NCBI GenBank assembly: GCA_051362555.1
Contig: CM120641.1
Location: 28,836,401-28,900,400, forward strand
DNA from: Lingula anatina
Lineage: Eukaryota; Animalia; Brachiopoda
DNA length: 64,000 bases
Reading direction: 5' to 3'
Below are positions 41,795-54,700 of this stretch, piece after piece. The notes under the pieces were generated by a model, which was not told where the DNA came from, ran no database searches, and worked only from the letters and a program-made list of their open reading frames with translations. A program made the translations under genes and the position numbers. Each line of letters begins with the position of its first letter. Position 1 is the stretch's first letter.

Positions 41795-43789
41795 AAGATC
41801 TGGACTGCAAAGTAATTAGAGTTTGGAAGTTCATTCAGTTGAGACTAGATATTACAAGTGCATCTGATGTATTGTAATCATCTGCTACCGAGTAGCAAAC
41901 AGTGGTGTTCATATCTGAGGTGAAAAGCACATATGAGGTCGCAAATAATTGTTTTTGAAAATGTTGAAATGCTGCTTATGTTGGTGAAAAGGCTTGATCT
42001 TTTGCATTTGTAAATTTCAGGTATTGTATTGGTGTTCATCAATAAACATGTTATAAGAAAATTTGGAGAAAATCCTTTGTCTTTCCTGTGCAGTTGTTTA
42101 TTAGAGATATTGGATACAATTTCAGACAATATTGATGAGCAGGCTATGGGGCTCAGATTACAGTTTTCATACAGCATTCTTTAATGTTTGCTGGAATACA
42201 GTTTTACCAAAAGGGTGCAACACATAACCAAGGAAAATGATAACAACCTAAAACGACAATATAAGCGGAAAACCCAGTCTTATGGTATTGCTCTCTATGC
42301 ACAACACTTGACCCAAAGCTGCATGAAACAAATTGTGGCTTCCGTCTTTTTATGAAAAACTCAAACCTTTTGTTCAAAATAAAGTTCAAGGATAAGCATT
42401 ATCAACGGATTCCTGTAGGGCTTAGCTGTTCTGTTTGGTATGTTGTGGACAGTCATCTTATTATTAACCTTTTAAAGGGACATGCAAAAGAAAAAAACAT
42501 GTTCATCATTCGAGCCCAATAAGTATTATGTTTAAACGCAATTTTTGTGAGGGAATGCAATCATTTTCACCCTCGAACACAATTATCTTTCACTCCATGG
42601 CGATGACAGTCTGGTCTTCATGTTACAATTATCTCGAACGAAAAAGCTTATCACCACAAGTATTTTTATTTTTCAAGAACCCAGGCTCAAATCTGCCTGC
42701 GGTTTCACCATACCCAACTAATTTTCAGAGTATTTTGACATCATCCAGTATTCTCAATTCTCAATCGTCAATAAAATTTATGAATATATTACCATCTCTC
42801 CGTCTTGCTCAGCACCCCATCCCTCTTTTTGTCAGCAGTATAACAAATATTTTAATTTTTTTCAAATATTGCATTTTTGTTTTAACCAAGGGTTTTATTT
42901 ATCTTTCTTTGCATGCATTATCCATCTCACACCTGCCTACTGATGGTGGTGTGTTGCTCCTTCCTTTTTGGATTTTAATATGTAAAATATATGCATGTCA
43001 GGAGTGTTACCTGCCCAATTTTTACAATGAAGCTTGCAAAAATTTGAACATCCTCAAGATACTCTAATGTTACAGGTTGTAAGATGGCCACTGAAAAAAA
43101 ATTCATCACATTTTTTCCTATGGATATGTAAATTTATATTAAAAAATATGCACTTCCATGTTAAATCATTTTGGTGCACACAATAAAAAACATTATTACA
43201 TGTAATGTGTTTCATTATTCCATTACAGATATTAAATAAAAAATTGCAAGGTGCATCTAGTCTTACTTACATAACAGCAATTTGAAGAAAGCAAGTATAA
43301 CAGCCAGGTGTTTCTTTTTTCGTGCCAGTATATATATGTAAAATGGCGAGGTAAACACCGACTACGCAAAAGACGAAAATGGTAAGTATGAGTTGAAGAG
43401 AAAATAATAAGATTTTTAAAATTAAGAATATTAGCAAACTTAATAAAATCACTGTAATTCATAGAAAAAAGGTACATCCCTCGAACAAACAATATTACAC
43501 CTGAAAATGCCCCTAGCAGTGACACATTTGGTGGTGAGCCAGAGGGGCCTCTCAGGAAAAGAACTAAATTTTGAGGCAAAAAGAAATACACTACCACAAG
43601 GGGGCATTAAGGATTATTTGAAGGGGGAGGGAGGGGGGTCCGCGGATGCTTAGCCGACCCTTTGTAGATATTTGCTTCTATCAGCAGCATTTGTAGCAGA
43701 TGTGGTACTGGCACGCTAATGATTTTGCTAAAAGGGGAGGGGGGGGGATAAAAAAAAAGCATCATTCTGTCTTGTTTCAATCATTCTTT

Positions 43790-43820
<31 letters not shown>

Positions 43821-44622
43821 GGGAGGGGGGAGGGGGTACAACAATGAATACAAAGTAGACAACATGACACCAGAAAGCTTTAAACTTTATTTCTAATTAA
43901 ACATTACAAAATTAACAGAAACCCGATTTATTATTTATTTTCAAATGCTTAAATTGCAGATTGGTGCAGATTGTCTAATTAATATGCTTCATTCTATTCA
44001 ACTTCATTTTGGATTAATTTATTCAACATCCCAGGAACAAATAATTCTATAATGAAAAAGGAAAACTTCTTTAAGGAAAACTGCCCACCTTTGTAACAAA
44101 TGTTATAACAAAAATATACAGTTTAACATCAATACGTACTTTCATTTTATTTCTGTTTACTTTTAAGTAATGTTAAAACATTGAAATGTGGATCAACAAG
44201 TAAGGAATTAAGCAAGCTTGCTTTGAAATCGTTTGGATCATTGGTATAATGTCAAGTAATTGGCCACTTCCGATTTTAAGTACATTTTTGATTTAGAGAA
44301 TGAAAGGTACTCGTGTAAAGTGGTTATTGCTCAACCACACTTGAGAAAATCAGAAAAGCAGTGACATGCGATCCTCCCTCGAGGAATGACTGTGTGCACC
44401 CAGCATCATCAGGAGGAAAGGGATTAGAATTAGTAGGGTAATTAACAGAAAGGACTTAGATTATGATTTTCTCAATGCCATGCTAAACAATTCCCCTGTC
44501 ATCAGAGGCAAATATTTTATAAATACTAATTCCAAACGATTGGCTGAAATGTGGATAATAATTACTGTAGGCAATACCAATGTTTCTGAAATTGACCTGA
44601 CACATTTCTCATATAGACCTAT

Positions 44623-44974
44623 TGTAAAAACCTATTGTAAAAACTGCAAACAAGATTATCGGGCAGGATCTACCAAAGCTGGATGATATTTTTAAAGACA
44701 GAATGGAGAAAAGAACCGTCAACACCATGGAAGACTCTTCTCATCCTGCATCATCACTTTTTACGTTTTTACCAATACAGTAGTAGACTTTTAACTTTTT
44801 AAGGCAGTAAGCGCTTTTTAAACAGGTTTTACCTAAGTACAGTGATGCATTTTAATTTGATCTCAAAACCAAATTCTTAATTTATCTATTATATTACTTT
44901 TACTCTGTATTTTATCAAACTTGATCCAAATGGAAAATAATTTCTGATTTTTAAATAAAGTCTTATCTTATCTA
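44623..44974 (+). mobile_element. 5'-truncated LINE (Rex1/Babar-L2-like ORF2 C-terminus) with tandem tail and TSD
   Basis: Translates IVKTANKIIGQDLPKLDDIFKDRMEKRTVNTMEDSSHPASSLF.., resembling the conserved post-RT C-terminal segment of Rex/Babar-type LINEs. AATAAA plus (TCTTA)n tail; AGACCTAT direct repeat at 44615-44622 and 44975-44982. Confidence 0.7.
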
Positions 44975-45740
44975 AGACCTATAGCTACATGTAGTGCAGA
45001 TTAACCAATTAAAAATATAAAAATATATACTAAATTAATTATATACATATGAAATGAGAACTATCCCACTTAAGTTAGATAAGATATCAAAGTACGTTCA
45101 AACGCACAAGTGAAAAAATGTCTAATTAATCTCCATAAAACCACATCTAACAAACTTTTTAAATAAACCATAAACAAAATAAAATAGCCTGCATTTGCAA
45201 TTATTTGTGAAAACTATTTACATACTTGTATGTGCACATGTATTAACAATATCTTTTCCAACAAAGAGTTAGATCTATTTCAAACAGAGTTAGATCAATT
45301 TGGTGCATTGGGTTTGTTATAACATGCATTGTGATTCTTTGTAATCATTAGCCATGGTCCAAAATGTTTCAGTTATTCTCTGTATGGATACAAACTGGGT
45401 GCATTACTTGATGCATTTCTTATAATTGGTGTTTTGCATGTTATGAGAAATGCATCTAAAACGTAGACAGTAAAGATGACACCAATCTCACATATTCAGT
45501 TCTGAATAGATATCGAAGTCAAGATTTTTGTGAAGTTCTATATCTTATTACATATGCTGCAATTATTACAGTCATTATTTGACATTATGGAATGATTTAG
45601 TGGGTAAACATGAAAACATACCATTAGGTGTATGGAAATTCTTGAATTATCAATGGAAGATGAAGACTTAAAGTTGCTGCCTTATTCATTACCTTGTTGC
45701 AAAGACTTTAGTAGCCTACAAGTTCAAATTAAATCTTTGT

Positions 45741-48700
45741 CTTAAAAAGAAATAAGGAACGAGATTAGATTTTTCAATTAACCTATCTCCCTCCCCCAAC
45801 AAAAATATAAAATTTACTTACCTTAAATTGTTGATCTGACAAGTATAGTCAATGTCAGAAGGGAGGTGTTCACCATCTTCTATGTTCTGCAAAAATAAAT
45901 AAAAACAAGATTAGATTATTTTCAATTTGCCTATCCCCCCTGAAAAAACTACTAACCTGAAGTTCTTGATCCAAAGAGTAGTACATTAATGTCTGCATGG
46001 ATGGGTTCATCATCTTCTATGTCCTGCAAAAAGAAATAAGGTACGAGATTAGATTTTTTCTATTAACCTATCTCCCTTCCCCCAATAAATGTATAAAATT
46101 TACTAACCTTAAAATATTGATCCAAAGAATACAACGTCAATGTCTGTATGGAGGGATTCATCATCTTCTATGTCCTTTAAAAAGAAATAAGGAATGAGAT
46201 TAGATTTTTTCAATTAACCTATCTTCCTCCCCCAACTAAATTATAAAATTTACTAACCTTAAATTGTTGATCCAAAGAGTAGTACATCAATGTCTGCATG
46301 GGGGAGTTCATCATCTTCTTTGTCCTGTAAAAGGAAATAAGGCACGAGATTAGATCTTTTCAATTTACCCATCCAACCACCACCCCAAAAGAATGAAATT
46401 TACTAACCTTAGCTTGGATCCAAGAGTGAAGTCCACATCCGTGTTGGGTCGCTCATAATCTTCTTTGGCGTGTAAAAAGAAATGAAAAACGAGATTAGAT
46501 TTTTTCAATTTACCCATTCCACCCCCCACCCCCCACCCCCCAAATAAAAAAAATACTAACCTTAGCTTGGATCCAAGAGTGTAGTCCATGTCTGAGTGGG
46601 GTCGCTCATTATCTTCTTTGGATTGTAAAAAGAAATAAAAAACAAGATTAGATTTTTTCAATTTACCCATCCCACCACCCCCCCCAAAAAAATAAATAAA
46701 ATTTACTAACCTTAGCTTGGATCCAAGAGAGAAGTCCATGTCCGGGTGGGTTCGCTCATCATCTTCTTTGCCCTCTAAAAAGAAATGAAAAACATTAAAA
46801 GATTTTTTTCAATTTACTTGTCCCAACACTTCAAAAAAGTTAAATTTACTAACCTTACCTTGGATCCACGAGAGTAGTCCATGTCCGGGTGGGGTCACTC
46901 ATTATCTTCTTTGTCCTGTAAAAAGAAATGAAAAACAAAATTAGATTTTTTCAATTTACTCATCCCACTTCTTCAATAAAAGAAAATTTACTAACCTTAG
47001 CTTGAATCCAAGAGTGAAGTCCATGTCCGGGTGGGGTCGCCCACAATCTTCTTAGTCCTGTAAAAAGAAATGAAAAACAAGATTAGATTTTTTCAATTTA
47101 GCCATCCCACCACTTCAAAAAAATAAAATTTACTAACCTTAGCGTGGATCCAAGAGTGAAGTCCATGTCTGGGTGGGGTCGCTCATCATCTTCTTTGTCC
47201 TGTAAAAAGAAATGAAAAACAAGATTAGATATTTTCAATTTATCCATCCCACTTCTTCAAAAAAATAAAATTTACTAACCTCAGCTTGGATCCAAGAGTG
47301 AAGTCCATGTCCGGGTGGGGTCGCTCATCATCTTCTTTGTCCTGTAAAAAGAAATGAAAAACAAGATTAGATTTTTTCAATTTAGCCATCCCAGCACATC
47401 AAAAAAATTTTAATTTACTAACCTTAGCATGGATCCAAGAGTGAAGTCCATGTCTGGGTGGGGTTGCTCATCATCTTCTTTGTCCTGTAAAAAGAAATGA
47501 AAAACAAGATTAGATTTTTTCAATTTAGCCATCCCACCAAATCAAAAAAATTAAATTTACTAACCTTAGCGTGGATCCAAGAGTGAAGTCCATGTCCGGG
47601 TGGGGCCGCACATCATCTTCTTTTTCCTGTAAAAAGAAATTAAAAAACAAGATTAGATTTTTTCAATTTACCCATTCCACCCCCCACCCCCCACCCCCCA
47701 AATAAAAAAAATACTAACCTTAGCTTGGATCCAAGAGTGAAGTCCACATCCGTGTGGGGTCGCTCATAATCTTCTTTGGCGTGTAAAAAGAAATGAAAAA
47801 CGAGATTAGATTTTTTCAATTTACCCATTCCACCCCCCACCCCCCACCCCCCAAATAAAAAAATACTAACCTTAGCTTGGATCCAAGAGTGTAGTCCATG
47901 TCTGAGTGGGGTCGCTCATAATCTTCTTTGGATTGTAAAAAGAAATAAAAAACAAGATTAGATTTTTTCAATTTACCCATCCCACCACCCCCCCAAAAAA
48001 AATAAATAAAATTTACTAACCTTAGCTTGGATCCAAGAGAGAAGTCCATGTCCGGGTGGGTTCGCTCATCATCTTCTTTGCCCTCTAAAAAGAAATGAAA
48101 AACATTAAAAGATTTTTTTCAATTTACTTGTCCCAACACTTCAAAAAAGTTAAATTTACTAACCTTACCTTGGATCCACGAGAGTAGTCCATGTCCGGGT
48201 GGGGTCACTCATTATCTTCTTTGTCCTGTAAAAAGAAATGAAAAACAAAATTAGATTTTTTCAATTTACTCATCCCACTTCTTCAATAAAAGAAAATTTA
48301 CTAACCTTAGCTTGAATCCAAGAGTGAAGTCCATGTCCGGGTGGGGTCGCCCACAATCTTCTTAGTCCTGTAAAAAGAAATGAAAAACAAGATTAGATTT
48401 TTTCAATTTAGCCATCCCACCACTTCAAAAAAATAAAATTTACTAACCTTAGCGTGGATCCAAGAGTGAAGTCCATGTCTGGGTGGGGTCGCTCATCATC
48501 TTCTTTGTCCTGTAAAAAGAAATGAAAAACAAGATTAGATATTTTCAATTTATCCATCCCACTTCTTCAAAAAAAATAAAATTTACTAACCTCAGCTTGG
48601 ATCCAAGAGTGAAGTCCATGTCCGGGTGGGGTCGCTCATCATCTTCTTTGTCCTGTAAAAAGAAATGAAAAACAAGATTAGATTTTTTCAATTTAGCCAT

Positions 48701-51700
48701 CCCAGCACATCAAAAAAATTTTAATTTACTAACCTTAGCATGGATCCAAGAGTGAAGTCCATGTCTGGGTGGGGTTGCTCATCATCTTCTTTGTCCTGTA
48801 AAAAGAAATGAAAAACAAGATTAGATTTTTTCAATTTAGCCATCCCACCAAATCAAAAAAATTAAATTTACTAACCTTAGCGTGGATCCAAGAGTGAAGT
48901 CCATGTCCGGGTGGGGCCGCACATCATCTTCTTTTTCCTGTAAAAAGAAATTAAAAAACAAGATTAGATTTCTTTCAATTTAACCATCCCACTTCTTCAA
49001 TAAAATAAAATTTACTAACCTTAGCTTGAATCCAAGAGTGAAGTCCATGTCTGGGTGGGGTCGCTCATCATCTTCTTCGTCCTTTAAAAAGAAATGAAAA
49101 ACAAGATTAGATTTTTTTCAATTTAGCCATCCCACCACTTCAAAAAAAATAAAATTTACTAACCTTAGCATGGATCCAAGAGTGAAGTCCATGTCCGGGT
49201 GGGGTCGCTCAATAGCTTCTTTGTCCTGTAAAAAGAAATGGAAAACAAGATTAGATTTTTTCAATTTAGCCATTCCACCACTTCAAAAAAATAAAATTTA
49301 CTAACCTTAACTTGGATCGAAGAGTGAAGTCGATGTTCGGGTGGGGTCGCTCATCATCTTCTTTGACCTGTAAAAAGAAATGAAAAACAAGATCAGATAT
49401 TTTCAATTTACCCATTCCACTTCTTCAAAAAAAATAAAATTTACTAACCTTAGCGTGGATCCAAGAGTGAAGTCCATGTCCGGGTGGGGCCGCTCATCAT
49501 CTTCTTTGTCCTGTAAAAAGGAAATAAAAAAACAAGATTAGATTTCTTTCAATTTACCCATCCCACTTCTTCAATAAAATAAAATTTACTAACCTTAGCT
49601 TGAATCCAAGAGTGAAGTCCATGTCCAGGTGGGGTCGCCCATAATCTTCTTTGTCCTGTAAAAAGAAATGAAAAACAAGATAAGATTTTTTCAATTTAGC
49701 CATTCCACCACTTCAAAATAATAAAATTTACTAACCTTAGCGTGGATCCAAGAGTGAAGTCCATGTCTGGGTGGGGTCGCTCATCATCTTCTTCGTCCTT
49801 TAAAAAGAAATGAAAAACAAGATTAGATTTTTTTCAATTTAGCCATCCCACCACTTCAAAAAAAATAAAATTTACTAACCTTAGCATGGATCCAAGAGTG
49901 AAGTCCATGTCCGGGTGGGGTCGCTCAATAGCTTCTTTGTCCTGTAAAAAGAAATGGAAAACAAGATTAGATTTTTTCAATTTAGCCATCGCACCACTTC
50001 AAAAAAATAAAATTTACCAACCTTAGCGTGGATCCAAGAGTGAAGTCCATGTCCGGGTGGGGCCGCTCATCATCTTCTTTGTCCTATAAAAAGAAATGAA
50101 AAACAAAATTAGATATTTTCAATTTACATATCCCACTTCTTCAAAAAAATTAAATTTACTAACCTTAGTTTGGATCCAAGAGTGAAGTCCATGTCTGGGT
50201 GGAGTCGCTCATCTTCTTACTCCTGTAAAAAGAAATGAAAAACAAAATTAGATATTTTCAATTTACCTATCCCACTTCTCCAAAAAAATTAAATTTACTA
50301 ACCTTAGTTTGGATCCAAGAGTGAAGTCCATGTCTGGGTGGAGTCGCTCATCTTCTTTGTCCTGTAAAAAGAAATGAAAAACAATATTAGATGTTTTCAA
50401 TTTACCCATCCCACTTATTCAATAAAATAAAATTTACTAACCTTAGCTTGGATCCAAGAGTGAAGTCCATGTCCGTGTGGGGTTGCTCATCTTCTTCTTT
50501 GTCATGTAAAAATGAATGAAAAACAAGATTAGATATTTTCAATTTATCCATCCCACTTCTTCAATAAAATATAATTTACTAACCTTAGCTTGAATCCAAG
50601 AGTGAAGTCCATGTCCGTGTGGGGTCACCCATAATCTTCTTTGTCCTGTAAAAAATAATGAAAAACAAGATTAGATTTTTTCAATTTAGCCATTCCACCA
50701 CTTCAAAAAAATAAAATTAACTAACCTTAGCGTGGATCCAAGAGTGAAGTCCATGTCTGGGTGGGGTCGCTCATCATCTTCTTTGTCCCGTAAAAAGAAA
50801 TGTAAAACAAGATGAGATTTTTTTAATTTACCAATCCCACTTCTTCAAAAAAAGTAAAATTTTTTCAATTTAGCCATCCCACCACTTCAAAAAAATAAAA
50901 TTTACTAACCTGAGAGTGGATCCAAGAGTGATGTCCATGTCTGGGTGGGGTTGCTCATCATCTTCTTTGTCCTGTAAAAATGAATAAAAAAAAAGATGAG
51001 ACATTTTCAATTTATCCATCATACTTCTTCAAAAAAAATAAAATTTACTAACCTTAGCTTGGATCCAAGAGTGAAGTCCATGTCCGTGTGGGATCCCTCA
51101 TCATCTTCTTTGTCCTGTAAAAAGAAATGAAAAACAAGATTAGATTTTTTTCAATTTAGCCATCCCACCACTTCAAAAAAATCAAAATTTACTAACCTTA
51201 GCTTGGATCCAATAGTGAAGTCCATGTCTGGGAGGAGTCGCTCATCTTCTTTGTCCTGTAAAAATAAATGAAAAACAATATTAGATTCTTTCAATTTACT
51301 CGTCCCACCAATTGAAAAAAATAAAATTTACTAACCTTAGCGTGGATCCAAGAGTGAAGTCCATGTCCGGATGGGGTCGCTCATCATCTTCTTTGTCCTG
51401 TAAAAAGAAATGAAAAACAAGATTACATTTTTTCAATTTAGCCATCAAACCACTTCAAATAAATAAAATTTACTAACCTTAGCGTGGATCCAAGAGTGAA
51501 GTCCATGTCCAGGTGGGGTCACTCATCATCTTCTTTGTCCTGTAAAAAGAAATGAAAAACAAGATTAGATATTTTCAATTTACCTATCCCACTTCTGCAA
51601 AAAAAATTAAATTTACTAACCTTAGCATGGATCCAAGAGTGAAGTCCATGTCTGGGGGGGGGGGTCACTCATCATCTTCTTTGTCCTGAAAAAATAAATG

Positions 51701-54700
51701 AAAAACAAGATTAGATTCTTTCAATTTACTCGTCTCACCACTTCAAAAAAATAAAATTTACTAACCTTAGTTTGAATCCAAGAGTGAAGTCAATGTCCGG
51801 GTGGAGTCGCTCATCATCTTCTTTGTCCTGTAAAAAGAAATGAAAAACAATATTAGATTTTTTCAATTTACCCATCCCACTTCTCGAATAAAATAAAATT
51901 TACTAACCTTAGCTTGGATCCAAGAGTGAAGTCCATGTCCGTGTGGGGTTGCTCATCATCTTCTATGTCCTGTAAAAAGAAATGAAAAAAAAGATTACAT
52001 TTTTTCAATTTAGCCATCAAACCACTTCAAAAAAATAAAATTTACTAACCTTAGTATGGATCCAAGAGTGAAGTCCATGTCTGGGGGGGGGGGGGGGGGT
52101 CGCTCATCATCATCTTTGTCCTGAAAAAAGAAATGAAAAACAATATTAGATTCTTTCAATTTACTCGTCCCACCAATTGAAAAAAATAAAATTTACTAAC
52201 CTTAGCGGGGATCCTAGAGTGAAGTCCATGTCCGAATGGGGTCGCTCATCATCTTCTTTGTCCTGTAAAAAGAAATGAAAAACAAGATTAGATTTTTTCA
52301 ATTTAGCCATCCTACCACTTCAAAAAAATAAAATTTACTAACCTTAGTATGGATCCAAGAGTGAAGTCCATGTTTGGGGGGGGGGGGGTCGCTCATCATC
52401 ATCTTTGTCCTGAAAAAAGAAATGAAAAACAAGATTAGATTTTTTCAATTTAGCCATCAAACCACTTCAAATAAATAAAATTTACTAACCTTAGCGTGGA
52501 TCCAAGAGTGAAGTCCATGTCCAGGTGGGGTCGATCATCATCTTCTTTGTCCTGTAAAAAGAAATGAAAAACAAGATTAGATTTTTTCAATTTAGCCATC
52601 CTACCACTTCAAAAAAATAAAATTTACTAACCTTAGTATGGATCCAAGAGTGAAGTCCATGTCTGGGGGGGGGTCGCTCATCATCTTCTTTGTCCTGAAA
52701 AAATAAATGAAAAACAAGATTAGATTCTTTCAATTTACTCGTCTCACCACTTCAAAAAAATAAAATTTACTAACCTTAGTTTGAATCCAAGAGTGAAGTC
52801 AATGTCCGGGTGGAGTCACTCATCATCTTTTTTGTCCTGTAAAAAGAAATGAAAAACAAGATTAGATTTTTTCAATTAACCCATCCCACTTCTCCAATAA
52901 AATAAAATTTACTAACCTTAGCTTGGATCCAAGAGTGAAGTCCATGTCCGTGTGGGGTTGCTCATCATCTTCTATGTCCTGTAAAAAGAAATGAAAAAAA
53001 AGATTACATTTTTTCAATTTAGCCATCAAACCACTTCAAATAAATGAATTTTACTAACCTTAGCGTGGATCCAAGAGTGAAGTCCATGTCCAGGTGGGGT
53101 CACTCATCATCTTCTTTGTCCTGTAAAAAGAAATGAAAAACAATATTAGATTTTTTCAATTTACCCATCCCACTTCTCCAATAAAATAAAATTTACTAAC
53201 CTTAGCTTGGATCCAAGAGTGAAGTCCATGTCCGTGTGGGGTTGCTCATCATCTTCTTTGTCCTGTAAAAATGAATGAAAAACAAGATTAGATATTTTCA
53301 ATTTATCCATCCCACTTCTTCAAAAAAATAAAATTTACTAACCTTAGCATGGATCCAAGAGTGAAGTCCATGTCTGGGGGGGGGGGGGGGGGGTCGATCA
53401 TCATCTTCTTTGTCCTGAAAAAAGAAATTAAAAACAAGATTAGATTCTTTCAATTTACTTGTCCCATTACTGCAAATAAATAAAATTTACTAACCTTAGC
53501 GTGGATCCAAGAGTGAAGTCCATGTCCAGGTGAGGTCGCTCATCATCTTCTTTGTCCTGTAAAAAGAAATGAAAAACAAGATTAAATATTTTCAATTTAC
53601 CTATCCCACTTCTGTAAAAAAATAAAATTTACTAACCTTAGCGTGGATCCAAGAGTGAAGTCCATGTCTGGGGGGGGGGGGGGGTCGATCATCATCTTTT
53701 TTGTCCTGAAAAAAGAAATTAAAAACAAGATTAGATTTTTTCAATTTTCTTGTCCCACCACTACAAAAAAATAAAATTTACTAACCTTAGTTTGAATCCA
53801 AGAGTGAAGTCCATGTCCGGGTGGAGTCGCTCATCATCTTCTTTGTCCTGTAAAAAGAAATGAAAAACAATATTAGATTTTTTCAATTTACCCATCCCAC
53901 TTCGCCAATAAAATAAAATTTACTAACCTTAGCTTGGATCCAAGAGTGAAGTCCATGTCCGTGTGGGGTTGCTCATCATCTTCTTTGTCCTATAAAAATG
54001 AATGAAAAACAAGATTAGATATTTTCAATTTATCCATCCCACTTCTTCAAAAAAATAAAATTTACTAACCTTAGCATGGATCCAAGAGTGAAGTCCATGT
54101 CTGGGGGGGGGGGGGGGGGGGGGGGGGGTTGATCATCATCTTCTTTGTCCTGAAAAAAGAAATGAAAAACAAGATTACATTTTTTCAATTTAGCCATCAA
54201 ACCACTTCAAATAAATAAAATTTACTAACCTTAGCGTGGATCCAAGATTGAAGTCCATGTCCAGGTGGGGTCGCTCATCATCTTCTTTGTCCTGTAAAAA
54301 GAAATGAAAAACAAGATTAGATATTTTCAATTTACCTATCCCACTTCTGCAAAAAAAATTAAATTTACTAACCTTAGCGTGGATCCAAGAGTGAAGTCCA
54401 TGTCTGGGGGGGGGGTCACTCATCATCTTCTTTGTCCTGAAAAAATAAATGAAAAACAAGATTAGATTCTTTCAATTTACTCGTCTCACCACTTCAAAAA
54501 AATAAAATTTACTAACCTTAGTTTGAATCCAAGAGTGAAGTCAATGTCCGGGTGGAGTCGCTCATCATCTTCTTTGTCCTGTAAAAGGAAATGAAAAACA
54601 ATATTAGATTTTTTCAATTTACCCATCCCACTTCTCGAATAAAATAAAATTTACTAACCTTAGCTTGGATCCAAGAGTGAAGTCCATGTCCGTGTGGGGT

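Noticed and set aside
42528-43067. 179-aa ORF
   Set aside because: Low-complexity F/I/L/S-rich translation typical of AT-rich non-coding DNA; no motif recognised.
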